Positions 37,570 through 49,215 of a stretch of 64,000 nt of DNA are shown one piece after another. A program made the translations under genes and the position numbers. Position 1 is the first letter of the stretch, and each line of letters opens with the position of its first letter. The stretch comes from Camelus dromedarius (taxonomy: Eukaryota), in contig NC_087436.1 of the NCBI RefSeq assembly GCF_036321535.1, positions 12,896,001 through 12,960,000 on the forward strand, given 5' to 3'. The notes under the pieces are model-generated. The model did no database searches. It was not told the DNA's origin and saw only the letters and a list, made by a program, of their open reading frames with translations.

Positions 37570-38660
37570 TACTTTTAAAGATTATTTCTTTCTACCTCAT
37601 TCCTTATTTTCTCTGTTTCTGAGATTTCAAATGCACGTATGTTAGACTCTTTGATCTGAGGTCTTGAGGCTCTGTTCATTTTTCTTTTCAATAATTTTCT
37701 TCTTGTTTTTCAGATCAGATAGTTTCTTTTGCTTTATTTTCAAATTCACTGTTTTATTTCTCCTCTCTAGTCTGCTGTTAAGCACATCCAACAGTTTTTT
37801 AAAAAATTTCAGATGTTGTATTTTTCATTTGTAGAATTTCCATTTTGTTTTATTTTATAGCTTCTGTTTCTCTGCTGAAGTCGTCTATCTTTTCATTCAT
37901 TACAAGAGTGTCTTCCTTTATCTCTTGTAGCTATAAAGTCTTTGTGAATTTTAACATCCGAATCATCCTGGGGTTTGCCTCTTTGTTGTTGTTGTTTTTT
38001 TTTCTCTTGAAAATAGGTCACATTTCCCTAGTTATTCATACGTCGAATAATTTTGCGCTGTATTCTGGACATTGCATATATTATGCTGTGAGACTCTGGA
38101 TTTTGTTATGTTCTTCTGAATAGTGTTGCTATTTTTGTTTTAGCAGGCAATTAACTTGGTTGTACTCAAACTGAAGCCTCTGATTTTTGAGCACCAGTGC
38201 AAATCTCAGTTCAGTTTTCTTAACTGGGTTTTTGCAATATTCCCCACACGTGTGTAGGTCACGGGTAAGTCAGAGAAAGGGTAGGGCTCATGCAGAATTC
38301 GGCACTTGCCTGGAAGGCTTTCTCCTACCGGAGATTTCCGTCCCACTTTCTAGTGGCTGTGGTTGCCCTGACCTCCATCTTAAGGGTCTTTATTCTAGGG
38401 GGACTGCATGCCTTCATTGGTGCTTTAGCCTCCCTGAATGACGCCTTATCTGACACCTGTCCTTGGGTAACAATCTAAAAATAAGTAGAGTAAGTTAAAC
38501 TAAAAAAATGGAAAACCCACTCTACATCAGTCCATTCTTCCAATTTTTTGACCCCTTGTGAAAATCTTGCTGCTTTTATTTCATTCCAAGAGACTTCAGA
38601 TTCTTTACTGTTGTTGTTTTATTCAGAATTTATAGTTGTTACATGCAAGACGATAAGTTT
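37570..38660 (-). mobile_element. Ancient L1M fragment (5'/ORF1 region)
   Basis: T-rich tract with L1M-like motifs: acgtatgttagac...tcttgaggctctgttcattt, tctgctgttaagcacatcca, agaatttccatt, gagactctggatttt. Confidence 0.65.
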
Positions 38661-39552
38661 TTGAAAGAGTATACTCAAAACTTCTGCTTTTTCCTTAAAT
38701 TCAAATTTCTGTGAATTTCAATGAGATTTAGATGATTAAGACTTAATATTACTGAGTCCTTTGAATATAAAGCCTGTAGAATTTCACTCCATTTATAATA
38801 TGCTAGATTACGATTGAATGGAAGCTAATGTGTACAGCTAAAAAAGTTTACTGATTCAGTGTTTCATGGATCAATTCATGTTAAATAGTAATGAAAATTA
38901 GCAATTTTTGTGTGTTTTAGTTTCCCCCATGCTCAATAAATAATTTTATGTATTTATAATTCTAGAATTTTAATTGAACAAATGATAATCCTTCACAAAA
39001 AAGGGAAAATAGTAATCAACTCCGTGAATTTGCCAATAATGTTTCCCGCCATGTGTGCATTTAGGCTGAGACATGCAGGAAAAGGAATTCACGATGACCC
39101 ATTTGAGGAAAATCAGTCCTTATCAAGCCCTTGTCCAAATGTGCAGAACCAGCTAGTACTGTTAACAAGTATTAATGCTGTGTTTTAATACGCCAAAGAA
39201 ACCTTTGTCTAAGCAGAAATTAATTTTGCTGCTTTTTTTTTTTTGTAAGTCAAGGCTTTAGAGCCCAAATATCTCATAATTATCTTTTACTAAGTGTCTC
39301 ATTCTCTCATCACAAATCAGGTAGAACCTAACATTTCCTTTGGTGAATAGTTTCTTTCAAAAGCATTTGTAACTCAGACCTGATTATGTGACTCATGCCT
39401 AAGGCTTCAGTGACCTTGCAGTTGTTAGATCGGGTTCAAAGTCCTTGCCTAGTCCATTCCGCCTGCCTTTCTATCCTTATTCTGAGGAATCTCCCCAAGC
39501 CCTTCATACTTCACTAAGGCACCATGCTCTTTCTCACCTCAGGCGTTTGCTC

Positions 39553-40052
39553 TGTATTATGTGCTGAATGTTTGTGTCCCCAAGATCCATATGCAGAAGC
39601 TCTGACACCCCAGGTGATGGTATTTGGTTTCTCTTTCTCTCTCTCTCTTTTTTTTTTTTTTATTGTTCAAATGGAGGTACTGGGAATCAAACCAAGTACC
39701 TTGTGAATACTCAGCATACTCTCCAGCTGAGCTATACCCCCACCCCCAATGGTATTTGGAAGTGTGGCCTTTGGGAGGTCTTGGTTTAGATGAGGTTGTG
39801 AGGGTGGGGCCCCTGTGACGAGATTAGTATCTTTATAAAAACAAGAGATCAGAACTTGCTCTCTCTACCATGTGAGGAAGCAGTAAGAGGCTGGCCCTCT
39901 GCAAGCCAGGAAGAAGCCTCTCCCCAGAATCCAGCCATGCTGCACCCTCATCTTGGACTTCCAGCCTCCAGAACCGTGAAAGTAAATTTCTGTTTTTCAA
40001 GCCTGCCAGTCTGTGGACTTTCCTGCGGCAGCCAGGGCTGACTAGTAAGACG
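39553..40052 (+). mobile_element. MaLR LTR (MLT1A-like) interrupted by a SINE
   Basis: ctgaatgtttgtgtcccc...ggtatttggaagtgtggcctttgggagg...ttggacttccagcctccagaaccgtga...gctgactag. Confidence 0.85.
39628..39748 (-). mobile_element. Diverged short vic-1-like SINE nested in MLT1
   Basis: atggaggtactgggaatcaaacc...ctgagctataccccc, with a perfect 11-bp TSD atggtatttgg at 39617-39627 and 39749-39759. Confidence 0.85.
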
Positions 40053-41865
40053 CTGCTTCTTCCCTTTGCTTGGAATGTGCTGTTCTTGTCATTTCTACCA
40101 TGGGTTCTCCTTCCTCCAGCTCCTTTTGCTTGTTTTTGGAAAATATTACATCCTTAGAAAGACTTCCTTGACCATCTAATCTTCCCACTTCACCACTGTT
40201 AATTAAGTCCTATCTTACAAACACGCATAGATGGTACGTGTTATGCAATCCACCTCTTTTGTAGCATGCCTCGCGCAGCTAACCTGTGTAGCATCTGCTT
40301 CCCTGCTCATCATAGGTTCCAGAGATGACGGCGGAGGCTTGATCTGTCTTGCTTGCTGACAAGTGCTTACTAGAATGCATAGTATATAAAAACAGAGAGA
40401 TTTGTCCAATGATAAAATGGAATGACCTGCATTGTACTCACTTAAATGAGTGTTGACTGTCTCAGGACTTGGGCGTCTCCTACAGCATTCTTACTGCTTT
40501 CTGAAAAGCGGGGCTGCCATTGGAACACCTACTATCAACATTATAATACGGGAAGGCAGTTAATATCCTTTTTATGCTGCAATTTAGTGCCAGGCAGTTC
40601 TCATTTCATGTAAAAGACATGCTCTCTGTCAGTGCCTCTTTTTAGACTTTATCAGAATGTAAAGCTATGAATTTTGCATATTAGCAGAGATATTTCTGAA
40701 GTCTTTTGGTTGCTGAAACGTCTCAAGTTGCCCATCGGCCATTGAGTCCTTTAACTTGTCTTTGAAAGGCATTTATATCTCTCATTGTTATCCAAAGAAA
40801 TTGAGTAGCTAATCTGAGAATATAGCAGTATTTTCACTTTTTAGTTTATTCTGTCTGTTCTCTGCCTTGAATAATAATTCAAACAAAACAGTTCAAAACT
40901 TAAAAAGGAGAACAATTACATTGAGTATATTTCCTCTTTTTTTTTTGGAGGAATGCCAATATTGTAAAGCACTTTTCCAATCCTTTTAAGCAGAATATGA
41001 GCTGACTTATTAATAGTTATGTGCTCAGCGGGAGACAGCAAGTAGAAAGATCATAGATAGACTGGAGTCTGTCTGGCTCTGCACGTTGTAAACTGTATTC
41101 TTTGAACCTCATTTTCGTCATCTAGAAAATGGGATAATAGATACTTCGAAGCGTTAGTTTGAGCATCAAAGGTAATATATTTTAAACACTAGCACATAGT
41201 AATCACTTAAAAAGTTGTGACTATTTCTTATAAGTGGAGACAGAAGCTCAGCCAGACATTATTCTTAAGACTGGTTCTTGCTGAACTGGGTGAGATTTCT
41301 TCACAGAGGACTGAAGGAAGTATTCACTACAAAAAGGGAAATAGAATTCGAGTCCTCTGTTTGTAGGATTAATTTTCCTTATTAATGCTGAGTTACCCAT
41401 CTTGTCCTAATAAATAATGAGATTGGGCATGGCCATACATGATACATCCTAATCCTGAAAAAAATGAAGATATGGCTGCATAAAATGCAGAAAAGTGTGG
41501 CTAGTTTTTTCTTTAAGATTTCAGCTGATAGATTATATGAATCGATCCTTAACTTTATATTGCTCTCCAAGGGTTAATTTATAGCTTTGATGGTCAGAAC
41601 TCTGTAGTGTCAGGCATTTGGTATATGAGGTCCAGAGCTACTCTGAAATGTCAAGGCTTCAGTTTAAATTGCAGTTTTTCTCTTTTTTGATTTTGTTGAG
41701 TTTGATGTGTTAAACTTAGAATATACGAGTTTACGGAAAGTGTTAGGTACATTCATTCCTTTGATATTTATCAGGGATATAAAAACAATTTCATACTTTT
41801 GCTGAAAAATAACTAACCTGGAAATTGTGATGATGTGATAGTGATTTTAAAAAGTATTAGTATAT

Positions 41866-42718
41866 TAATTATCAGAGAAATGCAGATCAAAACTACAATG
41901 AGGTATCACCTTACACCTGTCAGAATGGCCATCATTCAAAAGTGCACGAATGATAAACGCTGGAGAGGCTGTGGAGAAAAGGGAGCCCTCCTACACTGTT
42001 GGTGGGAATGTAGTTTGGTGAAGCCGCTATGGAGAACAGTATGGAGATGCTGCAAAAAAATGAAAATTAGACTTACCATATGATCTAGCAGTCCTACTTC
42101 TGGGCATATATCCAGAGAAAACTAACTTGAAACAACATATGCACTCCAGTGTTCACAGCAGCACTATTTACAATAGCTAAGACATGGAGGCAACCTAAAT
42201 GTCCATCAACAGATGACTGGATAAAGAAGTTGTGGTATAGTTATACAATGGAATACTACTCAGCTATAAAAAAGAATGAAATAATGCCATTTGCAGCAAC
42301 ATGGATGGACCCAGAGATTGTCATCATAAATGAAGTAAGCCAGAAAGAGAAAGACAAACATCATATTTTATCACTTATATGTGGAATCTGAAAAAATGAC
42401 ACAAATGAACTTTTTACAAAACAGAAACAGACTCACAGACATAGAAAACAAACTTATGGTTACCAAGGAAGAAGGGGAGGTGGAGGGATAAATTGGGAGT
42501 CTGGGATTTGCAGATGCTAACTACTATATATAAAATAGATAAACAAAATTTTCTTCTGTACAGCACAGGGAACTATATTCAATATCTTGTAATAACCTAT
42601 AGTGAAAGAGAATATGAAAGGGAATATATATGTGCATATAAATGTAGAACTGAATCACTGTGCTTTACGCCAGAAATTAACACAACATGGTAAACTGACT
42701 ACACTTCAATAAAAAAAA
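41866..42718 (+). mobile_element. Young 5'-truncated L1 (end of ORF2 and 3' UTR), sense to DCHS2
   Basis: [25 protein letters not shown]... and [27 protein letters not shown]...; ends cttcaataaaaaaaa. Confidence 0.95.
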
Positions 42719-43219
42719 CGTACATTTAAAAGCTGTTTACAGATACGGAACTATAATAACTCTTTAAAACCATGGGCAGCAAAAATAACCATTGCCGTCT
42801 AGTGAGAGAATTAGAACAATTAGATAATGGAGTCAACTAGGAATATAATGAGGATAAAAGCCTGTCTTTAATCTTTTATTTATTTTAACAAATCTTAAAG
42901 AAGCATGGCAACATATTAACATTTTAATATCTGGTTGATATGTCATGTGTATTTGGTACATTACTTTATGCTGTTTTAAAAATCGGAATAAAAGTGACTC
43001 TGAAGTTTCATGCACATTAAAAAGTATTAGCACATTCATTTTTATATAATTGGAACATTAGAAATAATGTAAACTCTAACTTATTGCATTTAACCTCATC
43101 GTTCTACTGATTTATAACTTAGGAAAAAAATACAATATTAATAGGAAAACGAATTCATTCCTTGATGAATGTTCTTCCTACAGAAGAAAACATGCTCATA
43201 ATAATAGCGTGTAACAAAC

Positions 43220-43390
43220 ATTGATTGAATACTTACTATATACCAGGCACTGTTCTAAGAGATTTAGATGCATTAACTTGTTTCATTCTCACAACACCCT
43301 GCATGGGAGGCACTGCTATTATCTCCATCTTGTGGATGAGAAAGCTTAGGAGCAGAGGGGCTATGTATCTCAGCCAGATTCCTCAGCCGG
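43220..43390 (-). mobile_element. MIR remnant
   Basis: ttgaatacttactatataccaggcactgttctaag...tctcacaacaccct...gatgagaaagcttagg. Confidence 0.7.
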
Positions 43391-43394
43391 TGCG

Positions 43395-43705
43395 CAGAGG
43401 GTCCAGCTCCTGGGTAGCAGACACTGCGATGGAAACTTGCTCAGAGGAAGACTGCGGGGGACTTGCTGCTGAGAACGCCCCCTGGACGGGAGTGAGGGAA
43501 GCAGGACTGAGAAGAAGGGATTGATGCAGCCTCCCCTTTGCGGAGCGCTGGGCTGGAGAGAAGCCCTTCAGCTCCCTCCCGAGTTGAGTCTTGGGGCTGC
43601 TGGTGAGGCAGGGTCATGGCTGTAGCCATGGGAGAGGCAGCTCCCTTTGGCAAAACACAATTCCTGGGTGCTGACCAGCAGCTGGAGGATTGGGTGTATG
43701 CGTGT
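43395..43705. mobile_element. Old ERVL LTR remnant (LTR16-like)
   Basis: gggagtgagggaagcaggactgag...gatgcag...gcccttcag...gaggcagctccctttggc..caattcctggg; the family name is tentative. Confidence 0.45.
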
Positions 43706-44821
43706 ATGGTCATCAGTTAACACCAGTTTAACTTTGGTGTTACCCGTTTGGTTAAGGTCACGGCGGATTAACATGCTGAACAACAGTCTCATTTGTCTTT
43801 AAGAACATGGCAGAGCTCGTGTCCAGGATGCTTTTATTACGGTGAGATTTAGGAAAAAAGTTAATGGTGCCAAGATTGCTATCATACTGTCCTGTAATCA
43901 CCAGCGTTAGACTTGGAAGAGATCTCAGTCCAGAGCAGGACAATCATTGTCAGGGGCATAAAGCACAAAAGAGAAAAGGACCTTTGAAAACCGTGGATTA
44001 TTTACATGTGTGTGACACTGTTGACAACCGACCAGAGAGCTGCTTTGTGGTTTCATGTCCTGAAGCTTCACTGTCATGTTAATTAGCGGTTCTGTGCAGT
44101 CCTAACCACCTTCTTTGCTCAAAGCCGTACTTTAAATATAGCAAGTTGTTTTTGCCAGAGACTCATGGGACATAAGACATCTGATATTTGTAATGGAGCC
44201 CTTAATGGTATCACTACTAAAATAAGAACAAGATTGCCTTTTTCAGTCTACAAGCTCCAGCGTTGTTCAGATCACCTACTGAAATGCACATCACCTTCAA
44301 AATCTGGGCTGTGAGCGTTTCTAGTCTCTGCTTCTGCTTGTATTTTTTCCCCCTATACCTTTTGTGAAGATTTGGCATAGATTTGCATTAATAAGAATTA
44401 CTCTTCCAGGGAAAAGTTCAGACTCTGAAGCATTCTCTAAAGTTTAGCAAATGGAAAAGACAGAACCAATGCTATCCACGTGACCATAAGAAGGCTTCAG
44501 TTCTGGTGACAGAGAGGTTTGGCAGAGATGTTTGCTCCCTGAGAGAGTCGTCCTCTTAGGATTCTGCAGATGTGTCTCAGAAGGGTCAGTGGATCTTAAA
44601 CTTGACCCAGGATTTATTAACTGAGAAGTAAGTATCATCTGTGATTAAGGACAGACAGCCAGTAAGGTACTAAGATAAATCATCTCTAACTCAGAAACGT
44701 AACTTTTTTTTACAGCTAACCTTGAAAATAAAGGCAGGCATAGTCTGATCAAAAGTGAGGCAGCTTTCACACCAGTTATCCTCCTGCTGGGAAATGAAAA
44801 GAGCATTTTCAGGAATATGTG

Positions 44822-46265
44822 TTTTTTTTTTTTTAATTGAAGCAGAGTTGATTTACAATGTTGTGTTAGTTTCTGGTTACAGCCTAGTGATTCAGTTATG
44901 CATACATATATATATCATGTTCCCATATTCTTTTCATTACAGATTATTACACAACATTAAATTTAGTTCCCTGTACTATACAGTAGGCTCTTATTTTTTT
45001 TTCTTTTTACCTATTTTATATATAGTAGTGTGTATCTGCAAGTCCTAAACTCCTAATTTATCCCTCCCCCCTTTCTCCTTTGGTAACCATAAGTTTGTTT
45101 TCTATGTCTATGAATCTGTTTCTATTTTGTAAAAAGTTCACTTGTGTCATTCTTTTAGATTCTACGGGTAAGTGATATCATATGATATTTGTCTTTCTCT
45201 GTCTGACTTACTTCACTTAGGATGATAACCTGTAGGTCCATCCATATGCTGCAAATGGCATTATTTCATTCTTTTTTTATGGCTGAATGATATTCCATTG
45301 TATATATAATACCACATTTTCTTTATTCATTCATCTTTCCATGGACATTTAGGTCGTTTCCATGTCTTGGTTATTGTAAATAGTGCTGCTGTGAACATTG
45401 GGGTGCATGTATTGTTTCAAATTAGAGTTTTTCTCTGGATAGATGCCTAGGAGTAGGATTGCTAGATCATATGGTAAGTTTTTTAAAGGCATCTCCATGC
45501 TGTTTTCCATAATGGCTGCACCAAACTATATTCCTAACTACAGTGTAGGAGAGCTCCCTTTCTCCACACCCTCTCCAGCATTGATCATCTGGACTTTTTA
45601 ATGATGGCCACTCTGACCAGTGTCAGGTGATACTTCATCGCAGTTTTCGATTTGCATTTCTCTGGTAATTAGCTATATTGAGTATCTTTTTGTGTGCCTG
45701 TTGGCCATCTGTATGTCTTCACTGGAGACATGTCTGTTTAGATCTTCTGCCCATTTTTGGATTGGATTATTTGGTTTTTTTGTTATTGAGTTGTGTGAGC
45801 TTTTTGTGTGTTCTGGAAATTAAGCCCTTGTGAGTCCCATCACTTACATATTTTCTCCCTGTCTGCAGGTTGTCTTTTCATTTTGTTTATGATTTCCTTT
45901 GCTGTGCAAAAACTTATAAGTATAATTAGGTCCTGTTTGTTTATTTTTGCTTTTATTTCTATTGCCTTGGTGGACTGACCTAAGAAAACATTGTTACTAT
46001 TTATGTCAGAGAATGTTTTGCCTGTGTTCTCTTCTAAGAGATTTAAGATGTCCTGGCTTATGTTTGTGTTTTTAAGCCATTTTGAGTTTATTTTTGTGTA
46101 TGGTGTGAGGGAGGGTTCTAATTTCATTGATTTACATGTGTCTGGCTGTCCGGCTTTTCCAGCTTGCTGAAGAGACTGTCTTTTCTCCATTGTATATTCT
46201 TGCCTCCTTTGTCGAAGATTAATTGACTGTAGGTGTGTGTGTTTGTTTCTGGGCTCTGTATTCTG
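44822..46265 (-). mobile_element. L1 3' portion (~1.4 kb; frameshifted ORF2 C-terminus and 3' UTR)
   Basis: ORF 45840-46286 includes KSMKLEPSLTPYTKINSKWLK...LLEENTGKTFSDIN...SFCTAKEIINKMKRQP. Confidence 0.93.
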
Positions 46266-46624
46266 AGGAACACATTTTCTGAACATAATTTATTTCAGAT
46301 CTATGCTGGGATAAATAAAAACACATGTGCCTTAACACATGCAAAAAATAGAAAGTAATTTTTATATGAGTAATTTAACACATTGTCTAGATTGTGGAGT
46401 CATTGTTTTACAAAACTGGACTGTCAAGAGACACTGTGTGGAGTAGAGACACTTTTAATGTGTAACCTTAAGTAAGTCAGTGTGTCCTAAAGCCACATGG
46501 CAATGGTTATAAAATCCAGCCAGCACATACGTATATAAATATTGTTTAATTCTGGGCCAATAAATAGAAACCATTTGTAGGCTTCTTCTCTTCAACCACA
46601 GTGCAGTGGCTAGAAGAAAGTAAA

Positions 46625-47112
46625 ATTTTTTCCTTCCAGTTTTATTGAGATATAATTGACATCCAGCAGTGTATACGTTTAAGCTGCACAGCATAATGAT
46701 TTGACTTTCTAGCATCATGAAACGATTACCATCATCTCATTCAACTCATACAATGTTAAAGAAATAGATAAAAAGGTTTTCCCTCGTGGTGAGCACTCTT
46801 AGGATTTATTCTCTGAACAGCTTTCGTACATAACATACAGCAGTGTTAATTAATCGTATTGTACATTACACCTCTAGTACTTACTTGTCTTGTAACTGGA
46901 GGTTTGTACCTTTTGACCACCTTTATCCAGTTTCCCCTTCCCTACTGCTCCCATCCTCACCTCTGCTTACCACAAATCTGATCTGTTTTTCCATGAGTTT
47001 ATTTATTTTTGAAGTGTAATTGACCTACGACCCTATGTTACTTTCTGGTACATAACACAGTGATTCGCTGTTTGTATACGTTTCAAAATGATCACCCTGA
47101 TGAGTCATGTTT
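46625..47112 (-). mobile_element. Older L1 (L1MA-like) 3' UTR fragment
   Basis: tttattgagatataattgacat...tgagcactcttaggatttattctct...tgtaactggaggtttgtacctttttgacc...accacaaatctgatct. Confidence 0.8.
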
Positions 47113-47749
47113 TCACAGAAAGTAAGTTTTGATGTTAGATTTCTCCTATTGCTCAGCTGCAGAAACCCAGGGAGCCAGTAGATTCTTTTCCGGGTTACTT
47201 CTCTTGATTTCTATATGTGGTTGCCCAAATCCAAAGTCTCTATGAAACGCCATTTATACTAGAACAACCTTTGGTTAACTTTGACCAAGTATTGCGATGG
47301 AAAAGTGCAGTGATAAAGTCTCCTTTTTAGAGTCTTTAGTCCTGCTTTGTTATTTTTGGGGTGAGGGAAGAATACATTTTAAACATAAATTTTAATTTAT
47401 GTAATTTATAACTTATAAATCTAAGCTAAATCCAGGTGCTAGTGAAACTTTTAGGACTTCTCCAAAATGAATTTTCTTGAGATAAATAGCTTATGAGATC
47501 AGTGACTATGTATACAGTGGTATCAAAACTCTGGGCCTTAACTAACATTGGTTGAAAATTGTGTATAAGATGTTGGTGTCTAAAAATCTTATATGAGCTA
47601 AAGTCAGAGTAGGGTAACACATCTGACTTAATATTAGCCAGAGAAGTTTAGCTATTGTTGAATATTGAGAAATTCCTTCCTTTCTCTCTCTTCTCCCATC
47701 CTGCCTCTGTTCTTGCCTTTCTTCCTTCATTCACTCTTTCTTTCTCCAT

Positions 47750-48320
47750 CAATCACTCATTCATCTCCATGTTCATTCATTTGACTAACAGTGACTAGCC
47801 ACCCACTGTGTCCCAAGCCCTGTTCTAGGCACTAAAGATACAAGATGCAGCAGTGAGCAGCTTCAGGGGTTGTTTTCTTGTGGAAGAAGATGAAAATGAT
47901 GAAAAATAAAATAGCAGACTATCCTAAGTCCTGTGAAGAATATAATATGTAGTGATGGGCTCCAGAGTGACTGGAGCAACGTGGTGCTCCTTTGGCAGAG
48001 AGTAGAAAGGAGAGGATTCTCAGGAGATGAGACCTGAGTGGTGAGAAGGAGGCAGCTGTGCTGCTTCTACCGAGGGGAACAGCACCAGAGGCAGAAAGGA
48101 ACAGTAAGTACAAAGGCTCTGAGTCAGGTGGGAGCTGTTTATGGTCAAGAGACAGAATGAAGATCTGCGTGGTTGGAGCTCCATGATTTAGGGGAAGGGT
48201 GAGAGGAGACATAGGTAGGGACCACGTCACATGGAGGTGTCACAGACCGTGGTAAGAAGTTTGGATTTATTTTGATTAAATGGAAGGGTATTGGAGAGTT
48301 TTAAGCAAGAACATGATTTG
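47750..48320. mobile_element. L2 remnant
   Basis: ttcattcatttgactaac...ctgtgtcccaagccctgttctaggcact...gtggtaagaagtttggattttattt...ttggagagttttaagcaaga. Confidence 0.7.
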
Positions 48321-48559
48321 AAGCCTCCCGAGTATATATTTAAAAGGTGTTGGTGAGATTGTCATTCGCTAGATCACAAAATGTCCAGTTACTGAATACA
48401 CAGTAAAGAAACTCCTTTCTTTCGGGTCTCAGTATTGGGGGAACAGTTAAAAACATTTTTAACCTTATCTCTAATTCATGTACCAAACGGTTTCTCTGTT
48501 TGATTTAAGTTCCAGAGCGAATTTGCAGCTTTCTTCTAGCAAATATCTAATATTGCATA

Positions 48560-48794
48560 CATTTTTTTTAAATTTTATTTAAATAGATAATATATTTATA
48601 ATGTTCCAAAGTAAAAACGATATAGAAATTTCTATATACTGAATAACTTTGCTCCCATTCCAGCGTCTGTCCACTTCATCATTCATCTCCAATGGCAGTA
48701 CACAGCCTCCTGCGTTGATTTCTTGTGAGTCTTTCTGTTGTTTCTTTGTGCAGATACGAGCAAATATAAACGATATTCTTATTTTCCTTCCTCT

Positions 48795-48831
<37 letters not shown>

Positions 48832-49215
48832 CTTCTGCAGTATCGCTTTCTTTACCCACAGTTGAGTCTGGAGATTTTTCCCTTTCAGCACACAGAAAGC
48901 TTTGTCGCTCTGTTTTAGAGGAGGCAGGCTTTTCATTGACTAGAAGTGCTGTATGCTATTTAACCAGTTCTCACTGATGGGCTCTTGGTTTCTTATCTTT
49001 GGGTATTACAAATAGCACTGCGATGGCTAAACTTTTTCATACGTCACTCTGAGCTTGTGAGATATCACTGTAAGATAAATTCTCCCAAGTGGGACAGCTG
49101 GATTGAAGTGTACTCTTCATAATATATCATTTTGGTAGGTGTTTGTATTTTGCTAAGCATTGGCAGATTTTCCTCCCTAGAAGTTGTACTTTTTTGCACC
49201 TCCACTACCAATATC
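48560..49215 (-). mobile_element. Ancient L1M 3' UTR remnant containing (GT)n at about 48800-48830
   Basis: tatttaaccagttctcactgatggg...attacaaatagcactgcgatg...ctagaagttgtac...cacctcccactacca. Confidence 0.55.
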
